From a virus, in IMG/VR virus record IMGVR_UViG_3300013289_000006: a stretch of DNA of 64,000 nt. One strand, given 5' to 3'. This document shows, piece by piece, positions 27,328 through 36,029 of the stretch. The first letter of the stretch is position 1, and each line of letters begins with the position of its first letter. The notes beneath the pieces are model-generated. The model was not told the DNA's origin, ran no database searches, and saw only the letters and a program-made list of their open reading frames with translations. The translations under genes were made by a program, and so were the position numbers.

Positions 27328-29506
27328 GAATCGGGCAGGAGAGAAGATGAGCGCGTTCGACACGGGCGGGAGCAGCCTGCAAGAGGTGGCGGACGAAATC
27401 TACGGGGGCAGCAGCGGCGCGCCGGGCATCAACACGGCGCGGATCGTGGCGACGGGCGTGGACATCAACACGATCTACGCGGACGTGAAGCAGCCACGGC
27501 GGGCGATCCCGGCGAGCGTGCGGCTGCACTGGACGGGCGACCCGGCGGCGGTGCCGGAACTGCTGGGGACGTGGTACACGATCGCGACCAAGCAGGCGGG
27601 GATGGAACTGGACATTGAAGCGATGCTGAAGGGCGAGGGCGAGGGGATCGCTACCGATAACCCGCATTCTCTGATGGCAGACTTCATCGATCTGGTACGG
27701 CTGGCGCAGTCGATCAACCGCGACGGGCTGATGAACCCGATCACGGTGGTGGAGACGGACGGGCGGGTGGTGATCGAGAGCGGGGAGCGGCGCTGGCTGG
27801 CGTATCACCTGCTGTACATCCATCTGGGCGAGGCGTGGGGGAAGATCCCGGCGCAGCGTTCGAACGGCAAGGACTACGTGTGGCGACAGGCGGCGGAGAA
27901 CACGCAGCGGCGGACGCTGAACGCGATCAGCATGGCGCGGCAGTTGGCGCTGCTGATCATGGCGGCGCGGGACAGCCATTACTTCGACTTCGAGGAAGTG
28001 GTGGGGGCGGGCGAGTGTGACCGGCGGTTTTATGCACAGGTGGCGGACGGGAACACGCACCGAATCCCGCGCGGGATGGGCGAACGGATTCAGGCGGCGA
28101 TGGGGCTGAGCATGGAGCAACTGGCACGCTACCGCTCGCTGCTGCGGCTGACGGATGATGAGGAATTGAACGACGCGCTGTGGGTGCGGGCGGACATCGA
28201 AAACTGGGCAGAACGTTCTCTCCGCGACTTCGCTACCTTGCCCATGGGCAAGGTACGGGAGGTTCTCCAGCGCGAAGATTGGACGCTGGATGACCTGCGG
28301 CAACTGGCCGATACCTTGCCAAGTGGCAAGGTATCCCCACCCCCTGCCCCGGCGCTGGGCGTGTATGAGGGGGCGGTGTTCCGGGTGGGGGACAAGGTGA
28401 AGTCGATGGCGGGGATGATCGGGGAGGTGCGGGGGATCAACGGGCGGCTGATCCAAGTGGCGACGCCTTACGGACTGCGCGACTACTATCCGCACCAGAT
28501 CACGAAGGTGGAGAACCCGCTGGCGGCGGCTCCGGCCCCGCTGAACGAAGAAGCGCACGAGGCCGAACCGGTGCAACTGAACTTCGAGCGGGGTGAGGCG
28601 GTGATGATCGTCGAGACGGAGGAAGTCGGGCAGATCATGCGGCGGCGACCGGACGGGCTATGGGCGATTGAACTGGGGAGCGGAATCCAGCGGATCAAGT
28701 CGGACATGGAGATCGTGAGCTTGGGGCAATCGTGGGCGGAGTTCGTGGCGCAGGCGGAGGAAGATGAGAGCCTCGATCCTTACGCCATCGTCCCGGAACT
28801 CACGGAGGACGCGGACGAGTGGGATGATGAGCCGGAGGACGACCAACCGGAAGACTCGGAAGCGCTGGTGGCTGACATCGATGGGCTGTACCCGGCGGAA
28901 CCTTCATCGGACGGGCTGGTTGAGAAAGCCCGCCAGATCGCGCTGGAAGCGGTGGGACACAGCGAGTGGGAGCTGAACGAGCGCATCAAGGGGCGGATGG
29001 GACAGGGCGACAGAAACACGTTGGTGCAGCTTGGAGGCGGGTACATCCCTGTGAGTGGTCACACGCTTCCGCTCTCGCAAAATCAGGTGGGCGTGCGGCT
29101 GCTGGTGGAAGGACGCGAGCGGTTGTTCCGCTTTAACGCTTTCCAACTGCTGCGGTGGAAGCTGGCGAACCGTGGGGCGGAGGCTTCTGATAAGGCGGAT
29201 TCTGTGCAGCAGCAGCCCTACCCCGTGAGCACGCTGGCACTGACCAAGTTCCAAGGCCATATCGTATCGGCGCTGGCGGCGCTGAGCCATGCCACCGGTG
29301 ACATGGACGGCGTGGCGCTGTTCAGCGGGCTGGCGGAACTGACGACGGAGGGGGTGGAGGCGATGGCGGCGAGTGAGGAGCTGATGCCACACCTGAACCG
29401 GAGCTACGTGCGGATGAGCGAATTCATGGCGCGGCTGGACGTGGTGATGACGGAGCTGCTGAACCAGATCGCGCGGACGGCGGGGGAAGAGAACTGGGTC
29501 GAGTAG
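27320..29506 (+). CDS. parB: ParB-like protein with long C-terminal extension
   Basis: QPRR, LAQSINRDGLMNPITV, SGERRWLA, AENTQR; overlaps parA. Confidence 0.85.
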   Translation: MSRNRAGEKMSAFDTGGSSLQEVADEIYGGSSGAPGINTARIVATGVDINTIYADVKQPRRAIPASVRLHWTGDPAAVPELLGTWYTIATKQAGMELDIEAMLKGEGEGIATDNPHSLMADFIDLVRLAQSINRDGLMNPITVVETDGRVVIESGERRWLAYHLLYIHLGEAWGKIPAQRSNGKDYVWRQAAENTQRRTLNAISMARQLALLIMAARDSHYFDFEEVVGAGECDRRFYAQVADGNTHRIPRGMGERIQAAMGLSMEQLARYRSLLRLTDDEELNDALWVRADIENWAERSLRDFATLPMGKVREVLQREDWTLDDLRQLADTLPSGKVSPPPAPALGVYEGAVFRVGDKVKSMAGMIGEVRGINGRLIQVATPYGLRDYYPHQITKVENPLAAAPAPLNEEAHEAEPVQLNFERGEAVMIVETEEVGQIMRRRPDGLWAIELGSGIQRIKSDMEIVSLGQSWAEFVAQAEEDESLDPYAIVPELTEDADEWDDEPEDDQPEDSEALVADIDGLYPAEPSSDGLVEKARQIALEAVGHSEWELNERIKGRMGQGDRNTLVQLGGGYIPVSGHTLPLSQNQVGVRLLVEGRERLFRFNAFQLLRWKLANRGAEASDKADSVQQQPYPVSTLALTKFQGHIVSALAALSHATGDMDGVALFSGLAELTTEGVEAMAASEELMPHLNRSYVRMSEFMARLDVVMTELLNQIARTAGEENWVE

Positions 29507-29515
29507 GGAAAACAA

Positions 29516-29544
29516 AAGCGCCGTGTTCATGACACACGGCGCTT
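29516..29544. promoter_or_regulatory. Perfect 11-bp inverted repeat between parB and rep
   Basis: AAGCGCCGTGT-TCATGAC-ACACGGCGCTT. Confidence 0.5.
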
Positions 29545-29586
29545 CGACAGACTGTGAAAAATTTGATCAACAGAGAGGATTGTAGC

Positions 29587-30717
29587 ATGGGAGCAAACGT
29601 GATGCAAGTGTGGCTGCGGGCGGTGGTGATCTGGCTGGCGAACGCGGCGGGGGTGGAGGTGGTGCGTCCGGGCTGGCGACAGGTGCCGATGAGCCGGGTG
29701 GACTTCGATCCGGCGCTGGCGGAGCATTTCAAGAGCGCTGACCGGGCGATTGTGTACGCGCTGATCGAAAAATGGAACCGGTGGAACGAGAAGCACGGCA
29801 AGCGCGACCACTTGATGGACGGGCGGTGGTGGAGCTGGGGGAGCCACCGGTGGTGGGTGCAGCGGTTCGCGCCGTGGATGAGCGAGCGGACGTGGGGGCG
29901 GTGCATCGGCGATCTGGTGGGGGCGGGACTGCTGGCGAGGCGGTTCGTGGGTGAGCAACCGGCATACAGCACGAACGCCTACACGTTCGACGAGACGCGG
30001 CAGTTGGAATTATTCGACGCGCAATTTGTCACGAGGGGTCGGCAAATTGCCGCGCAGGGCGGACAAATTGGCGACCCTACAATAGGGAATCGATTCAAAG
30101 AGTCGAAACCTTCCACTAATCGGAAAACAACAACACCATCCGCGCGGGCGCGCAAGACGGCTGATGCTGTTGTTGCGACGTTCCCAGTTCCGGCTGAGAT
30201 CATTGGCGAGGGACGGGACAATCCCCCGGAAGCGGAAGCCCGCGAGCGGGAGGAAGACGGGCGCGACGAGGCGATGGAGGCGCTGCGAGTGGGGAGTCGG
30301 GCGCAGACATCACCCCCGGTTCCGCCGCCCCCCTCTTCGCTGGACAGAGACCGGACGGCGCAGATCGAGACGGTGGAGGCGATGCCCAGCGCGACGGCCA
30401 TCGACGAGGTGACGGCGGAAGGCGGGGACACGCAGGAGCTGATGGGATTTTTTACCGGATTCGGGGCGGAAACGGTGCGCGACTTGAAGGCCAAGCACGG
30501 GACTGACCGGATCTACGCGGTGATCGGGGCGGTGCAGCAGGAGGGATGGGCGAAAAATCCGCCGGGGGCGGTGCTGACGCGGCTGCGGGCAGGGGCGAAG
30601 GGGGGCGCGCCGAACTTCCCGCAAAAGCGCGATCCGGCGACGGTGGATGAGTGGCTGCGGGGGCGGGAGGGGGCGAAGTACATCACGGGCAAGTACGCCG
30701 ATTTTATCGACCACTGA
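29587..30717 (+). CDS. Putative replication initiator (winged-helix N-terminus)
   Basis: PWMSERTWGRCIGDLVGAGLL helix-turn-helix, low-complexity linker, KNPPGAVLTRLR C-terminal motif; between parAB and ssb. Confidence 0.7.
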   Translation: MGANVMQVWLRAVVIWLANAAGVEVVRPGWRQVPMSRVDFDPALAEHFKSADRAIVYALIEKWNRWNEKHGKRDHLMDGRWWSWGSHRWWVQRFAPWMSERTWGRCIGDLVGAGLLARRFVGEQPAYSTNAYTFDETRQLELFDAQFVTRGRQIAAQGGQIGDPTIGNRFKESKPSTNRKTTTPSARARKTADAVVATFPVPAEIIGEGRDNPPEAEAREREEDGRDEAMEALRVGSRAQTSPPVPPPPSSLDRDRTAQIETVEAMPSATAIDEVTAEGGDTQELMGFFTGFGAETVRDLKAKHGTDRIYAVIGAVQQEGWAKNPPGAVLTRLRAGAKGGAPNFPQKRDPATVDEWLRGREGAKYITGKYADFIDH

Positions 30718-30727
30718 GGAGGGTGGG

Positions 30728-30901
30728 ATGGCATCTGCACAGGGGCGACGGAACGGGCGGCGACGACGACGGGCGCGGCGGCGCGGGCATTTGCTGCCGG
30801 CGGTGGCGACGCGGCTGCGTGAGCGCGGGGGCTGGCTGTGGACGAAACAGGTGACGCGGTATCACCGGATGCCGCGGAGTTGGTACTGGGAGGGCAAGTA
30901 G
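30728..30901 (+). CDS. Small basic hypothetical protein
   Basis: GAGGAGG RBS region; fills the gap between rep and ssb. Confidence 0.4.
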   Translation: MASAQGRRNGRRRRRARRRGHLLPAVATRLRERGGWLWTKQVTRYHRMPRSWYWEGK

Positions 30902-31315
30902 ATGGCAGGGTTTCAACAGATCGTGATCGTGGGCAACTTGGGCAAGGACGCGACGCAGCACTACACCAAACAGGGCAAAGCCTACTGGACGTTTTCCGTC
31001 GCCGTGACGGAAAAGTGGGGCGCGGGCGAGAACCGGCGCGAAATGACGACGTGGTACGAGGTGGCGCTGTGGGACGATTGGGCGGAGAGCGTGGCGGAGC
31101 ACCTGAAGAAAGGCAAGCAGGTGATGGTGGTGGGCAAGCCGGGCAGCCGGGCATGGAAGGCGGCGGACGGAAGGCCGATGACCACGAACACGATTTCGGC
31201 GAAGACGGTGCAACTGCTGGGGCGTGTGGGCAGCGGACGACCGCAGGAAGGCGATTGGTTCGCCCAGCAGCAAGAGCCGGATGATTGGGTAGTGGACGAC
31301 AGCATACCGTTTTGA
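30902..31315 (+). CDS. ssb: Single-stranded DNA-binding protein
   Basis: IVGNLGKD, FSVAV, TTWYEVALW, LKKGKQVMVVG, acidic DDSIPF tail. Confidence 0.95.
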   Translation: MAGFQQIVIVGNLGKDATQHYTKQGKAYWTFSVAVTEKWGAGENRREMTTWYEVALWDDWAESVAEHLKKGKQVMVVGKPGSRAWKAADGRPMTTNTISAKTVQLLGRVGSGRPQEGDWFAQQQEPDDWVVDDSIPF

Positions 31316-31355
31316 GGGTTGGCAAGGACTGAACTTATTCGACGAGGAGGACGAG

Positions 31356-31544
31356 ATGGGACGATCACGCAAAGAGGGGCCGAAGCAGGTGGCGCGGGTG
31401 CTGCAAAATCCGACGCTGGAGCGGGTGATGGTGCAGCGGGGGGCATTCACCGGTTACTTGAGCGGGCCGCCGGAGACGATTGACTACCTGATCCGGCGGT
31501 TCGAGCGGGGCGGGTACACGGTCACGAAGGTGGCCAAGCCGTGA
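31356..31544 (+). CDS. Hypothetical protein
   Basis: GAGGAGG RBS; coupled. Confidence 0.55.
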   Translation: MGRSRKEGPKQVARVLQNPTLERVMVQRGAFTGYLSGPPETIDYLIRRFERGGYTVTKVAKP

Positions 31545-31744
31545 AGAAGTATACGCTGGCGGAGGTGTTCCGGATGGACGAGCTGCGGGATGAGGCGGCG
31601 GTGCGCGGGGTGCTGGCGCAGATCCAGACGGTGGTGCAGCAGTGGACGGACGGCGACCTGTTCGCGGCGGGGGCGATGAGCATGATCGCCAAGCTGCTGG
31701 CGGAGATTGATTCTGATAAGCGCGATTCTGAAGGGGGTGGATGA
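31541..31744 (+). CDS. Hypothetical protein
   Basis: GTGA/ATGA coupling. Confidence 0.55.
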   Translation: MKKYTLAEVFRMDELRDEAAVRGVLAQIQTVVQQWTDGDLFAAGAMSMIAKLLAEIDSDKRDSEGGG

Positions 31745-31971
31745 TGAGCAAGCGCGTTGAATGGTACGACATGGAAGGGGGCGACCCTATCGGTGAGTAC
31801 GAGTGGGGCGAGGGTGATGATCCCATTTGCCCCAAATGTGGCAAGGAAGCGCACTACTGGGAAGGTATGGTTTGGCAGGACAAGATGGGCAGTGACATTG
31901 AAGCCTATCACTGGATTTGTTTTGACGACAGTCACATGAAGCTCTGTACTGACCTTATTTATTTAGGGTAA
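31741..31971 (+). CDS. Small Cys-containing hypothetical protein
   Basis: CPKC; coupled. Confidence 0.55.
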   Translation: MMSKRVEWYDMEGGDPIGEYEWGEGDDPICPKCGKEAHYWEGMVWQDKMGSDIEAYHWICFDDSHMKLCTDLIYLG

Positions 31972-32006
31972 GGAGGCTTCCATGACACAAGTAGCGAAAG
32001 GGGACA

Positions 32007-32231
32007 GTGACGATGGCACAGAACGAAAAGAAAGACCAGCTTCAAAAGTTTATAAGCTATTTTCCCCACTATCCCACCGAAGCATTGGAGCAATTCGTCA
32101 AAAACAACAACTTGGTAATTGATTGGAAGCGCGAGGATATTAAAGACTTGGAACGGGAAAACGAGGCTATCAGTGCCGAGATTGAGCGCCGCAAAAACAC
32201 GGTGAGTAAGGTGAGTGATGGAACAGATTGA
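32007..32231 (+). CDS. Hypothetical protein (lower GC)
   Basis: ORF in tightly packed operon. Confidence 0.5.
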   Translation: MTMAQNEKKDQLQKFISYFPHYPTEALEQFVKNNNLVIDWKREDIKDLERENEAISAEIERRKNTVSKVSDGTD

Positions 32232-32523
32232 AGATGCACAAGCTGCGATTCTGAAGCGACTGCGAAAGCTGCGGCCATTAATAGCCAGTGGTGGCATTTT
32301 CCCTTACTACTGGTGGTATCCAGAGCAGTACCCCCTGCTTGATGAGATGGTGGAAGAAGGATACTTGAACCGGCACATCTTTGTCGAAGGCAAAAAAGAA
32401 CATTCGCGCTGGTATCAGGTGACCGAAGAAGGCATTGAGCAATATTGGGATTGGGTGAGGACTTTGTGGCCGGACGATGAAGTGGAGGCACGCGGTGAGC
32501 AGCCAAGCGCCGACGATGTATGA
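32215..32523 (+). CDS. Winged-helix (PadR-like) protein
   Basis: YPLLDEMVEEGYL...RWYQVTEEG. Confidence 0.6.
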   Translation: MMEQIEDAQAAILKRLRKLRPLIASGGIFPYYWWYPEQYPLLDEMVEEGYLNRHIFVEGKKEHSRWYQVTEEGIEQYWDWVRTLWPDDEVEARGEQPSADDV

Positions 32524-32767
32524 GGAGCTGCAAGTATGGCGGATCGCCATCGACAGGATGATGGCGATGGCGATTGAGATGGAGAGCAGCGAGCAGGACA
32601 ACCAGTACGTCGATGACAGCATCCGCGAGTTGTGGAAGTGGTTCGCGGACGAGATGGAGGAGTATCGGATTGACTTCGCGCATCCGGATGGATGGGGCAA
32701 GCTGCTGGTGTTCGAGTTCAAGGCGTTTACCGAGATCGACGATGATGAGGAGGTGGAAGATGGCTAA
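32516..32767 (+). CDS. Acidic hypothetical protein
   Basis: Overlapping start/stop with neighbours. Confidence 0.55.
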   Translation: MYEELQVWRIAIDRMMAMAIEMESSEQDNQYVDDSIRELWKWFADEMEEYRIDFAHPDGWGKLLVFEFKAFTEIDDDEEVEDG

Positions 32768-33248
32768 TTTTATTCCAGATCGGATGACTGTCCAAACACC
32801 ACAGGTGCCGTACTTCGAGGACAGCAAGTTGCACGAAGTACCGGGGCGCGGCACGAAAAAAAGCGAACTTCAGCTCCAGAACGAGATTCGGAATCTAATG
32901 GTTCGGCTACAGGCTGCAAATGTTTATTTCACGGTGGGTAAATACTACGGCGGGGATGGAATTCCTGCTCGACATGGCTACTTGATGACATTCACACTGA
33001 ACGGCATTCCGGGGCGCATGGAGATTGCAGCGCTGCCGCTCCGGAAGGAAACGGATGCCCGTAAGCGGGACGCTCTGGAGCAGAGCTTGTATCTGGTGCG
33101 GCAGTGGTTGGAAGCGGAGATCATGAGCGTGATGTATCGACCGGGGGCGGTACCGCTGGTGCCGTATTTGATCGGGCAAGGTGACAAGACGGTGACCGAA
33201 CTGCTGGCTGAGAGCGGCGATCTGCCGCGTTTGGTGAGTGGTCGATGA
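32760..33248 (+). CDS. Hypothetical protein
   Basis: ATG 32760 with GGAGG RBS. Confidence 0.65.
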   Translation: MANFIPDRMTVQTPQVPYFEDSKLHEVPGRGTKKSELQLQNEIRNLMVRLQAANVYFTVGKYYGGDGIPARHGYLMTFTLNGIPGRMEIAALPLRKETDARKRDALEQSLYLVRQWLEAEIMSVMYRPGAVPLVPYLIGQGDKTVTELLAESGDLPRLVSGR

Positions 33249-33484
33249 ACGAGCGCTACAACCGGTTCGGGGTGATGATGTGCAGCGCGGCGGGGTGCAA
33301 TCAACCGGCGACGCACGAGGTGGACTGCGACAGCGTGGTGAGCTATGCCTGCTTGACGCATCTGGAGGCGCTGATCCAAACGGCCAAGCGCGATCAGCTC
33401 ACGATTGTGTACCGGGCGCTGAAGGCGACGGAGCAGTTCCAGCCGCGGCCAGAGCGCGACGTGGAAGACTACTGGGGCGAGTGA
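33245..33484 (+). CDS. Small Cys/His (zinc-binding) protein
   Basis: CSAAGC...ACLTH. Confidence 0.55.
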   Translation: MNERYNRFGVMMCSAAGCNQPATHEVDCDSVVSYACLTHLEALIQTAKRDQLTIVYRALKATEQFQPRPERDVEDYWGE

Positions 33485-33831
33485 TGGAGCTGATGGAACG
33501 GCAGCCGGACGGCTGGCAGATCGTGCGGGGGAACGCGGCGGGTGATATGATCCTGTTTTGCTACGGCGCGAAACCGGAAGAGACGCACCGGCTGCCGGTT
33601 GGGGCACACTACGGCGTGGTGTACTCCCCTAGCCCATTCGTTGACCAGCACTCGCCGCTGTGGGGATGGTGCTATGTGGTGTTCGAGGTGCGGATGTCGC
33701 AATACCGGATCGGGGAGCCGCTGGCGCGGAGCTATGCGCAGATCAAGCGGCGGAAGCTGACGCGGTTCGAGATCCCGCACTTCGAGGATCTGTGGTTCGA
33801 GATTGAGCTGAAGATGAGGAGAATGGGATGA
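33484..33831 (+). CDS. Hypothetical protein
   Basis: Coupled to both neighbours. Confidence 0.55.
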   Translation: MELMERQPDGWQIVRGNAAGDMILFCYGAKPEETHRLPVGAHYGVVYSPSPFVDQHSPLWGWCYVVFEVRMSQYRIGEPLARSYAQIKRRKLTRFEIPHFEDLWFEIELKMRRMG

Positions 33832-34397
33832 CGACGAAGAGCGAATTGGAAGCGGATTTTTTGCTGAACGAATGCGGGATCATTGTGTTCCCCGAAAGCA
33901 TCGACGGGACGGTGACACTCGATTGGCTGATCGCACGGCTGGAATATATGGCGACAAAGGGGCAGTTCACACCGAAGATTTACTTCCGCAGCGACGGTGG
34001 CGATTCGCGGGTGGGGCTGGCGATGGCCAATTACATCAAGCAGCATGGCAAGGTTCACGGCTACATGATCGGCGACACATTCAGCAGCGCGGCGACGGTG
34101 TGGGCGAGCTGTGCCAAGCGGTTCGTGTGGCCAACGGCACGGATGGGCATTCACCCGGTGCGATGGATCGAGCCGAACGCCAGCTATGACCATGCGCGGC
34201 TGCTGAACCTGTACGAGGATTTTATGGACATCGACAAGACCCAGTGCCAGATTTATGAACAGGCCAGCAACCAAAGTTATTCATGGTGGTGGGGTTTTTA
34301 CACCTCGCCGGGGGATGTGAAATATTTGGACGCGGCCAATCTGGTCGCATTCAAAATGGCGGAGATCGTTTCGGATAAACCGGCTTCTGATGGGTGA
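33828..34397 (+). CDS. ClpP-like serine protease (S14 fold)
   Basis: FRSDGGDSRVGLAMANYI, GDTFS (Ser), ARMGIHP (His), DVKYLDA (Asp) in ClpP order and spacing. Confidence 0.8.
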   Translation: MTTKSELEADFLLNECGIIVFPESIDGTVTLDWLIARLEYMATKGQFTPKIYFRSDGGDSRVGLAMANYIKQHGKVHGYMIGDTFSSAATVWASCAKRFVWPTARMGIHPVRWIEPNASYDHARLLNLYEDFMDIDKTQCQIYEQASNQSYSWWWGFYTSPGDVKYLDAANLVAFKMAEIVSDKPASDG

Positions 34398-34422
34398 TTA
34401 GGCTCAAGTGTTCTAAATGCTG

Positions 34423-34428
34423 TATAAT
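34423..34428 (+). promoter_or_regulatory. Candidate -10 box
   Basis: TATAAT in an AT-rich intergenic gap upstream of 34460. Confidence 0.4.
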
Positions 34429-34459
34429 TGGGGAAGGGTTGAGTGAGCGGGGATGCAGC

Positions 34460-34756
34460 ATGAATAAGCCGAGTTATATCGTGACATTGATCGAGGTGGT
34501 GATGCAGCGGGCGCAGCGGGATCTGCGGCGGCCAGTGCTGCCGCGAGAGGTGCAGCCGAGGCTGCCGATTGACCGGGCGGAGGGGAGCTTGCGGCGGGAC
34601 ATGTACGCGATGTACCAGAGCGGGCGGCTGGTGCGCGTGGGGGGCGAAGGGGCGCGGCAAGGCTACCGGCTGCCGACGAAGATTGAGCGGCTGTCGTATC
34701 AACTCAACGGCGGGCGATGGCCGCACGGGACGGAGCGGGTGGCGTGGGTGAATTAG
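34460..34756 (+). CDS. Winged-helix DNA-binding protein (possible late regulator)
   Basis: AEGSLRRDMYAMYQSGRLVRVG...GYRL; upstream of terminase genes. Confidence 0.6.
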   Translation: MNKPSYIVTLIEVVMQRAQRDLRRPVLPREVQPRLPIDRAEGSLRRDMYAMYQSGRLVRVGGEGARQGYRLPTKIERLSYQLNGGRWPHGTERVAWVN

Positions 34757-34763
34757 GGAGGAT

Positions 34764-34982
34764 GTGATGAAGTTTCGGGTGGTGGTGCTGGGGAGGGATC
34801 GATGGTTGTACGGCAAGCGCGGGATTTTTCACAAGCGCAGAAGGCCGTCGGTGAAGATGAGCGTCTCGCCGGAGTTTTTCAACAGTCTACAAGAGCCGGT
34901 GAAGCTGCCGGAGCGGATGCGCGGTGAGACGCGGACGGTGGTGATCCACTTCAAAAAGAGTTTGGACGGCTGGGACGAATAA
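34764..34982 (+). CDS. Hypothetical protein
   Basis: GGAGG RBS; terminator follows. Confidence 0.5.
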   Translation: MMKFRVVVLGRDRWLYGKRGIFHKRRRPSVKMSVSPEFFNSLQEPVKLPERMRGETRTVVIHFKKSLDGWDE

Positions 34983-34997
34983 GATCAGCAGCGGGCG

Positions 34998-35025
34998 AGC
35001 GCCTCCGGAGACGGAGGCGCTTTTG
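34998..35025 (+). terminator. Intrinsic terminator
   Basis: AGCGCCTCCG-GAGA-CGGAGGCGCT then TTT. Confidence 0.75.
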
Positions 35026-35160
35026 ATTCCCGTGCGCGTTGGCGGGCGGCGGGCGTTGATAGGCTGAAGGTTGGCTTATGGTTTCTTCTCATAGTCGTTT
35101 AGAAAGTCGATTAAAAACGGACGTGGCGACACGCCGTTTGGACGAGTCTAGGTGGTTGGC

Positions 35161-35775
35161 ATGGAAAAGCGGAAATTCGACGTGACGTCGGTTCGGCTGG
35201 CGATTGAAAAGGTGGGCAGCAGCCCGACGGCGATTGCACATTATCTGCACTGTTCGACGAGCACGGTGCGGCGGTACTTGAAGCGATTCCCGGAGCTGAA
35301 GGCGGCGTATGAAAAGCAAGGCGGGAGCGAGCTGGGGAGCAGGCCGCGCTACACCAAAGAGCAGTTTTTGAGCGCGATCATGGAATCGCACGGGGTGAAG
35401 GCGGCGGTGGCGGCGGCGGTGGGCTGCTCGCGGCAGACGGTGGACAACGCTCTGGCGGAATGGCCAGAGCTGCAAGAGGCGCTGGACGCGGCGCGATCAT
35501 CGTTGATCGGCAAGGCGACCAGCGCGCTGGTGAACGACATCAACAACGCGGAGAGCGACGGGCATGTGCGGGCGTACATGTTCGTGCTCAAGACGCTGGG
35601 CAAGGACGAGGGCTTCGTGGAGCGAAACGAGGTGACGGGCAAGGACGGCAGGGCGCTGATGGAGCTGCCGGATGATGTGGCGAAGATGGTGGACGAGCTG
35701 GGGCTGAACGTGGCGGAGGTGCTGCGGCAGTTCGGCGAGATGGTGCGCGAGCGCGAGATGGCAAAGGGGGCATGA
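35161..35775 (+). CDS. terS: Terminase small subunit (tandem HTH)
   Basis: Two HTH motifs and FVLKTLGKDEGFVERNEVTGKDG; upstream of terL. Confidence 0.75.
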   Translation: MEKRKFDVTSVRLAIEKVGSSPTAIAHYLHCSTSTVRRYLKRFPELKAAYEKQGGSELGSRPRYTKEQFLSAIMESHGVKAAVAAAVGCSRQTVDNALAEWPELQEALDAARSSLIGKATSALVNDINNAESDGHVRAYMFVLKTLGKDEGFVERNEVTGKDGRALMELPDDVAKMVDELGLNVAEVLRQFGEMVREREMAKGA

Positions 35776-36014
35776 TGGCGAGGTTGCCGAAGTGGCTGAA
35801 GCAGGGGCGGACGTATGAGCGGGACGGCAAGGTGTGGGTGGATATTACGATCCTGTGGTGGCATCCGCATTTCTGGCGGGAGCTGTGGGAGACGGGGCTG
35901 AATTTTTACGCGGCGATGGGTTACAACCGGCGGAGCGTATGGCTGCGGCTGTTGGTTCTGGCGCGGGTGGTGCTGTTCGTGACCCGGTTTGCGCTGCGGC
36001 ATTGGTTCCGATAA
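35772..36014 (+). CDS. Trp/Arg-rich small membrane-type protein
   Basis: ATGA coupling; hydrophobic C-terminus. Confidence 0.55.
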   Translation: MMARLPKWLKQGRTYERDGKVWVDITILWWHPHFWRELWETGLNFYAAMGYNRRSVWLRLLVLARVVLFVTRFALRHWFR

Positions 36015-36029
36015 GGGATATTCTGGCAC

